From the NCBI RefSeq assembly GCF_037042905.1, contig NC_087245.1, forward strand, positions 40,426,001 to 40,490,000: a DNA stretch of 64,000 bases. Direction: 5' to 3'. Position numbers and translations under genes: made by a program. Numbering within the stretch: the stretch's first letter is position 1; each line of letters begins with the position of its first letter. Shown here piece by piece: positions 51,801 through 60,800 of this stretch. The DNA comes from Lytechinus pictus. Taxonomy: Eukaryota. Under the pieces are notes generated by a model that was not told where the DNA came from, ran no database searches, and saw only the letters and a list, made by a program, of their open reading frames with translations.

Positions 51801-54800
51801 CAACCTATTAGATAATGATAATAATATTCAGCTTAATACATTGTACATATTTTTTTAACTGTCTATGCGTTTAAGAGATATCTCATTACATTGTTCATCA
51901 TATAAAAAGTTGTTCTGAAATAAATATTTTAAAAAATCCATATATTATTTTGGTCTGATGCTGCCGGGGCTTGTGAGACGGATGCTCTACCAACTGAGCC
52001 AACGCACTGGTTGCATTTGAAATCGTGCTTTCCTTCAGGGTACTGATTAAATATCTGGAATGTTTTCTGCGTCATCCCATCATAGGCTCAAGAGTTCAGA
52101 ACCAAGCAGATCCAAGAGGAAGAACTCTATGACCTGATAGAATCCAGACCGGGGAAAGGAGGGTCAAAGGTCAAAGATCAGCAGCCTGTAAAGGTAAGAA
52201 GTCTATTCCATGACCTTTACTCCAGGCAGCGATTGCTCCTGTTGGAAATCTGACCTTTGATCCAGACAAAACTTACCCTCAAACAACACAAACCTTATTA
52301 TGGCCAAATATATACATAAAATATGTATGTCCAGCCCTATCTTTGTGGGTCGTTCCTGAAAGCATGTAATGATAATTATACTTATGCTTATATAGTGCTT
52401 AATAATTACTTTATCAGAAGTCTCTAAGCACTCTACAGTAATGCAGCACAATTACCCTGGCTTTAGCAGAGCAGCTGTTGTGTGCACTGAGCAGGCCTGA
52501 TATTCTCACGATATTTATCGGGTTCCCGATATTTTTTCACCAACATGGGTGATCTCTGAGATCGATGTAAATCCGGTATAAAATTAAGGGGGGTTAGGGT
52601 GTCTATTTTCAATGCCTTATTCGCAAAAATTGCTAGAAAATGAAGGGCACATTGCGCCCAAATTCACACAAAGTTATAAGTTCTGGCAACTTGCTATCGT
52701 TACTTTTTATGAAAATTGCCGTCATGCATTCGAAAACTTGATTCTTCGACGGCTATTTGAAGTTTATCGCACACGGTCGGTATTGATCATGGGCGCTGCC
52801 ATTTTGTATTACCCACCAGACCTTACGCGTGTTGCAGTGTAGGAAACAGCGTGCACTCGGTGCGGGCGCGATGGCTGCATTCAATTCATGCATGCAGGCG
52901 CTAGGATAACCCAGGGAACTCCGGCCCGCGAAGCGGGCGGGAGCTCCCTGGGTTAGCGCTAGGCGTGATTACGGTGATTTGTCAATACGGGAGTTCTTTC
53001 GTGCAAGCGAAAAAACAAGAAACATTTGTGAAAAATTATGGCTTTTCAACGGAAATTTCTTGATCGAGGTGAAGAGGCGAGGGTGAAAGGGATCGACGCT
53101 TCAGTTCGTGAGAAATGGAATTGGAAGTGGGCTGAAAAATAAGTGGATGGAAGGGTGGCAAGTGAGTGCATACGGAAAATTGAGGAACCCGGTAAAGCTT
53201 ACTGTACGTGGTGTAATAAGGAAGTCAAGTACGCGAATGGCGGCTGGAGCATGATCAAGCAGCACATGTATGATGCTCACAAGTTTTACTATAGAATTAT
53301 TTAATGTATGTATTGTGCATTTGATTCAGATTATTGACCTCAAAATCTCATAAACCTCTAACATGTATAATTGAGAGGTATTGTTGCATGCACTACCAAT
53401 GAAAGTATATTTCCTGGTGAATTTAAGCAATTTGTGCCTCAGAAACACAATTCTTTCCCTTTTATACAGCAAATTCCAGGTACTTCATGGTGTTGAGGAG
53501 ATGCCTTCTAGATCCTCTGAAAACCCCCAAATCCATGACCTTTGGGGGGCTTCGCCCCCTCGACCCCCTCCGGGGCGTTGCCCCTGGACCCTCGGCCATT
53601 AGGTGCGAGACTCTGGTCACTTCGCTCCCTACGTTCACAAAAAACTTTTTTTTTTTTAAAGGGCCACTCTCAGGCCTGGCACTGAGTTTCAAGGAATAAA
53701 TTCCTACCAGGTACCCATTCAAGTCACATGGCTGAGTGCAGCACAATGTGGGTAGATTTCTTGCTGAAGGCTTATTTATCTTTTTTTTTTAGGTCACATA
53801 AAAAGTTGTTATGATCTCCAATCATCATGGCCTGATCTGTCCACAAAGTGAAATAAGGATGCAGACAAATTGGGGTTTGGTGTCCAAAAATGTTGATTAG
53901 TATATTGAATTGCCCTTCTCTGTATCCTAACAGTATTCATTATATTAGATGTAATGGAGTACAGCCGAATCGGTAAATGGTAAAATGGTAAATGGCAAAT
54001 GGTTAGACCAAATGATTAGTAGACAAACTGGTTGAAGATAAACTTGGATTAGACCAATTGGGATGAGATGAAATGGAAATCAGCCAAAGCGGGTGTATAC
54101 CAAGTGGTGAATGGGGTGAATGGCAATTAGCTAGACCAAATGATAAGGAAACTAATTGGTTGAAGATAAACTTGGATCAGACCTTGGGAGATGAGACCTG
54201 GGGGCCGTTTTATAAAGCTGTTCGTAAGTTAAGAGCGACTTTAAGAACGACTGGTGATCCTTTCTTACGTGCTAAACCATCGCCAATGAACATTGTACAA
54301 TGTACACCATTTAACACAAGAAAGGATCACCAGTCATTCTTAAAGTCGCTCTTAACTTACCAACAGCTATATGAAAACGGCCCCCAGATGGAAAGTAGAT
54401 AAAGTCACAATGAACCTATTCATAAAATGCCTCTATCGTTCATTCATATTTGACAGAAGCAACAAGTAGCACAGCCTGAGAGAAAGATAAGCAAATCTGA
54501 GACACCCATTTCTAAATCATCACCCAAGGATATCACACTAAAGAAGGAACCATCATCATCATCCTTCTACTCAAAGTCCTCATCATCATCGTCATCGTTG
54601 CCGTCTAGTACTAGTCAAAGTTCAAAGCAAGCATCAGGGGATGACAAATCAGCAGCCGGGAACTTGATGTGGGTAGATAAGTACAAGCCAGTCCATACGA
54701 AGAACATCATCGGACAACAGGGAGATAAGAGCAACGCCAAAAAACTACTCAACTGGCTCAGGAGATGGAATGATAATAACTATGGCAACAACAAAGAAAA

Positions 54801-57800
54801 AGGTGGAGAATTCAAGAAAGTACTATTATATAGGCCATATAGATATATCACAACGTTCCGTGCAAGCCTTATTGGTGAGTTGCGGGTGATTGCCCGCAAG
54901 TCACCCGCAACAAAGTTTTGAGCACGTTCAAAACTTTTCTGCGTGCAAACCAGACTTCAGACTTGTGTGCGCTTCTGCGGGCAACTGCGTGTGAGAAGCC
55001 TGCGGGTAGCAAAAATAATTACCAGCAGGTCGCACGCAAGGCTTGCACGGAACGTTTTAACAGGGCCTTAAGAGATAGGGAGGAAGAATGGTGTTGGTGT
55101 ACTCATCAATATACCTGTTTTCTTCATCAACAAAAGCACTGAAAATTGTAGTTTCTTTCTCTTTGAGGTTTTTTGTCTCGCCTGCATAGCAGAGCGAGAC
55201 TATAGGCGCCGCTTTTCCGACGGCGACAGCGGCGGCGGCGGCGTCAACATCAAATCTTAACCTAAGGTTAAGTTTTTGAAATGACATCATAACTTAGAAA
55301 GTATATGGACCTAGTTCATGAAACTTGGACATAAGGTTAATCAAGTATTACTGAACATCATGCCTGAGTTTCAGGTCACATGACCAAGGTCAAAGGTCAT
55401 TTAGGGTCAATGAACTTAGACCATGTTGGGAAAATTATTTTCAAAATCTTAACCGAAGGTTAAGTTTTTGAAATGACATCATAACTTAGAAAGTATATGG
55501 ACCTAGTCCATGAAACTTGGACATAAGGTTAATCAAGTATTAGTGAACATCCTGCCTGAGTTTCAGGTCACATGACCAAGGTCAAAGGTCATTTAGGTTC
55601 AATGAACTTTGGCCAAGTTGGGGGTATTTGTTGAATTACCATCCTAACTCTGAAAGTTTATGGATCTAGTTCATAAAACTTGGACATAAGAGTAATCAAG
55701 TATCACTGAACATCCTGTACGAGTTTCAGGTCACATGACCATGGTCAAAGGTCATTAAAGGTCAATTAACTTTGGCCGTGTTGGGGGTATTTGTTGAATT
55801 ACCATCCTAACTCTGAAAGTTTATGGATCTAGTCCATAAAACTTGGGATATAAGAGTAATCAAGCATCACTGAACATCCCCTGTGAGTTTCAGGTCACAA
55901 AACCAAGTCAAAGGTCAGTTAAGGTCAATAAACTTAGGCCATGTTGGGGTAATTGTTGAAGTCCCATCATAACTTTGAAAGTTTATGGATAGAGTGAATG
56001 AAATGTGACATGGGTGTAGTTGACAGTCTTAAGTCTCCGTTCAAATGTCATTTATGGTCAATGAACGTGGTATTATGTCATTATATGAATGATGTTTTTG
56101 TGAATGATTATTTTATAGTAGTTTTCAAAGTTAGCACTGCTGCTATATTAAATTGCGTAATGCAGGCGAGACTGCCAGAGGCGTTCCACTTGTTTTTTCT
56201 TTAAACTTCATTCAAAAGGTTGAAATTTAATCAGTAGTTTATTATTTTAAAGCAAACTGTCTCATTAATCAACTATATGTTGTCAGTGAAACGTTTATTT
56301 ATAAAATCAAAGATTTGAAGGATGTGTCTTGAAAATTCAAACGAATGGCCCGAGATGGGGTTGCTTCTTGCAATCCAGCAGATAAATGAAACTTTGTAAC
56401 TGTATCCATTCCTCTTCACAGCTAAATTCAGCCGGGACGATGGATATGCATTCAAGGCAGCTCTCCTGTCTGGCCCTCCCGGTGTGGGTAAAACAACAAC
56501 AGCAACTCTGGTTTGCCAGGTCAGTATCAAGTCATGTCTGAGAAACTAAGACAATTTTAAAATGATAGAGATTAGTTTTCTCCAGCTACACATGGCAATA
56601 CTGTAAGAAAATGAAATGATATGAAGAAAAGACTTCAGTTTTTAATGAAGCTATTTGTAATGAAATTAGACTTGCATGTATTACGGATATGTTGGTTGGA
56701 TTTCAAGGAATATTTGAATTTAAGCTTAAATCTCAGTCAATTATCTGTGAATGATGATTTTTTTTTTTACAGCTGATGGCACAGGGCCAAATACCATACT
56801 AGTGCGCGTGTTGTGGTCTAGGGGCTCTGATTTTCACATTTTAATAATCAAAGGGTCATGAGATGGAATCCCGGCTATGATGTTATTCCCTCAGCAAGAC
56901 ATTTCCCACATTATATGCAATGAATTTGATCTGCTTTTCTTCACATACAGGAACTTTGCTTTTCTTACATTGAGCAAAATACAAGTGTTATAATAATAAT
57001 AATAACGGTATATCTACCCAGGGTAGCCACTTCAGTTCTGAAAACTATTCTCCCAGCGGGCCCCGCTATTATTACCCGGCTAAGCTAGGCTACCTATTCA
57101 GGTGCACACAGCTTTTTGAGGAATTACTTCGTGCTGGTACCCATTTACCTCACCTGGGGCGAGTGCAGCACACTATGGATGAATTCCTTGCTGAAGGAAA
57201 TTACGCCATGGCTGGGATTTGAACCCATGACCCTCTGTTTCAAAGTCCGGAGACTAATCCACTGGGCCACGACGTTCTGTTCTGTGCAATAAATTTGATG
57301 TGTATTCTTATTATACAGGAACTTGGCTTTTCTTACATTGAACAAAATGCGAGTGATTCAAGAGGAAAGAAGTCCTTACAGGGAGGTATCGCTGAATCAC
57401 TTGACAACCAGTCGATCTCCGACATGTTCAAGAAGGGTTGTGGAAAGAAGACGACGGACGAGGCCTACAAGCATTGTCTTATCATGGATGAGGTGGATGG
57501 TGTAGCAGGGAACGAAGACAGAGGAGGTATTCAGGTACGGTCACGTTTAGCATTAAATGTTATTTGTTCAGTTATATATTTTGATATCAGGGAAGTGAAT
57601 GTGTGGGACTAGAGTATTGTATTGGAAGTTTGTATCATAATGTATGCATGGGACTACAGGCAGGTAATAATGATTTTGATGAAACATTAATGGAATAACT
57701 TCAACCAGGAATTTACTTGGTGAATATTTTTGTACTATTGGGAACATATTGGACGACACGTTTTGATTCAGAGATTTAAAGATTTTTACCTTGCTGTACC

Positions 57801-60800
57801 AGAAGTTTACATGGAGAAAGTTGTTAAAAGATGTTCTTTTTCATAATTCCTGGAATATAGAATGGTTGCTTAAGTAAAGATACCTCAATTTCAATCAAAT
57901 AGGGACTGAGCTCATCTTTTAGTTACAACTTTCATATAATTATTCTAGAGGAGGAAGTCTAGCCAAAAATGTATTTGTTACCTGAATGTCAAGTTAAGTG
58001 TGCACTGGTACATGGAAAAGAAAAACAGAATCATGAAAAGGGCACAGAACCTGGACTCTATGGCCCGTATTCTGAAGTCAGGTTTAACTTAGACCATGGT
58101 CTAACTCTGTGCTAAAATTATGGGAAGCCAAAAGTGTCAAAATTTTTATTAAGTTGTATGTTTATTATGTTTACTGTGCTCTTTCCTGATTCATCGATGG
58201 TGAAGACAATTATCTTTTTATACTTCCTAGACAATTATGAATGATTGGAAAGCCAAATGAGCTGAAATATGATATCTCTACTGTTAATGATTTATGTAAC
58301 AATTAGCTATCCATACTTAGACCACAACTTTAAACCTGAGTTTAAGTTAAACCCGACTTCAGAATACGGGCCTATATCACAAAATTTCGGACTGGTATCA
58401 AGTTTACTAAAATTCTGTAACAAAATTGTTCTTGACAAATTTACTACCACCATTTCAGAAGCAGTAGCTTGTAAATTGCCCTGTTCGAGAGAGTGATTAG
58501 TACCTGGACCCTTTTAGATAAACTTATGAGTAAGAAAGTCTTAGACAAATTTTAACTCAGCCAATCCAAATAGCAAGTTACAAGGGCAGCTTGGATTCTC
58601 CATAGATAACGTGTTATATGAAACACTCCTCGGGTTTGTGAGAAAAGGAGCCTTTATCATTGATGGATTTAAGAAACTGAGTGTCTTGTGACAGGAAATG
58701 AGTTTGATGGTTACATTGAGAGATTTAGTGACAGGAAAAATGGTATTTGGGCCTCAAGGTTTTTGATACAGTCTGCTCTGAGAACCGTAAGTATGTTTCA
58801 AAGGATGAAGTTAAGCCTGCATGGTCCCTGCAACACTATGCTTTGTAATTAATCATAAACAGATTTTTATGATTGGTTGAATTGACCACAGTATGCAATC
58901 AGTTGTGAAAATCAATTGTATGATCCAACGCCAAGCTACATATAACAGGACCAAAGACGGTTAATTTTTAAGGGGTGAATCGATTACCTGTTGCTCTTGA
59001 AATTGGCAACAATACTCCATTGTTTCGGGGGGGGGGGGGCAAGATTGATTTTATATCTCTGAAAATGATACACATAGGCAACATGGTTTTAAATTTGATA
59101 TATCTTTACCTCTTTACCTTAAAAGTTTTTTTGCATTAAAAGAAGAAAAATAAACAAGTGAAAAAAATATCTGCAGTACATACTGTGTAACTTTGCCTAT
59201 TTTATATGTTCCCTCCACACCCCCCCTCCTGTTGAAAAAAAAACCCCACACAATATGACAAGATGATAAAGGCCTATTTAACTGATGATGACATTGAAGA
59301 TAAATTTCAGTTGTAGTAGTGATTTCAAAATGTGTGTTTGCAGAATCCACTAGAATGACCACTCAAGTGTCTGTATGTATGAATTGAAAAATATATGCCA
59401 AGGAATCTGGAAGAAATTGTGTAATTGCTGAAAAATTAGCAATATAAACATGGAATTCCAGTCAAATGTCAGGCCCTTTTCCATTCAATAATAATACATT
59501 GTCCCACATGTGCTTATCTCTGTTGGTGATCTTCAGTGGGATAGTTTTTTGGGGGCTAAATTTCACAACTTTACCAAGTTCAGTCTATGTAAGGGTACCA
59601 GATCGAGATCTGGTACCAGATCTACCATACTTTTATACCATAACAGTTAACTTAAGTTTTTACTGAAATTCTCATGAAACCTGTTTTTCAGAGCAACGAC
59701 TTTCATTTATCTCTAAATGATGAATTTTTTTTCTGATTTGACCTGCAGGAGCTTATCCAGATGATCAAGACTACAAGAACGCCGATTATCTGCATCTGTA
59801 ACGATCGTAGCCATCCAAAGATCAGATCTCTAGTGAATTACTGCTTCGACCTGAGATTTTCAAGACCAAGAATTCCTCAGATAAAGGTATCACTGTAGTT
59901 AATGTGGGCAATCCGTATTTCGTTATCATTGCATTGTATCATTCTAACCATCTAGCTCTCATGAGCTTCTTAACAAGGCATGTCTATTCATCTACCGATA
60001 TTTACCATCAGTATCATAATATCTATCTTTGTCTTCATCATCTTCAATAATCAATATCATCATCATCATTTTTGATATCATATTCATTCTCATCAATTGC
60101 ATCAACATCATCACCATTGTTATCAACATTGCCAATCTCTCTATTTCTGCACATTTATTATTATTATTATCATTATTTTCCTTTCCATATTTGCGATTCA
60201 TATTCATTATCTGTATTTTGATGCATTTTAATATTCGTGAAATGTATTTTGGAAATGTATTCATATGAGTAGCATTAAGTTTTATTTATTCATTATTCAT
60301 ACAAAATTCAGTGACAAACATGACGAAATACCTCCATTTGATGACACTATACCCCATTTTTTCTCAATGAATTCTCTTCTCCGAATACGAAAACCATACT
60401 GCCACAGGCATGCAATGTAATTATCAAAACACCTGTTTCTTGACCTCGGTCCGAAGATAGCACAACAGCCCGAGTGCGGTCCGAGAAAACATGTCGCCAT
60501 TTTTTATTCACTTACTTTCCTTATTTCGAGGTTGATTTTCTTCGTTCGAAATTGAAAATGGTCTAGCATTGAATTTCTGAATACAATATGCCTTTGAAAA
60601 CATGATTAAATATCGGATACAATAATTTAATTCCGAAGGTCCTTCTACAGGCAGAGAAGACTTACGTAATACACAGCTGTTGTTTATCATTTCGTCCTTG
60701 GCTCAACGCTCATAATCTGGCCTGTGGGGATTACCTGGCCAAGCGGGGTTGATCAGGCGGGTGTTTCATAAAGCTGTTCGTGAGTTAAGAGCGACTGCAT

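Noticed and set aside
55251..55990. Regularly spaced repeats resembling a CRISPR array (also the motif array at 675-2540)
   Set aside because: Eukaryotic intron context, units are whole tandem duplicates or degenerate motifs without constant repeats and unique spacers, and no cas genes are present.
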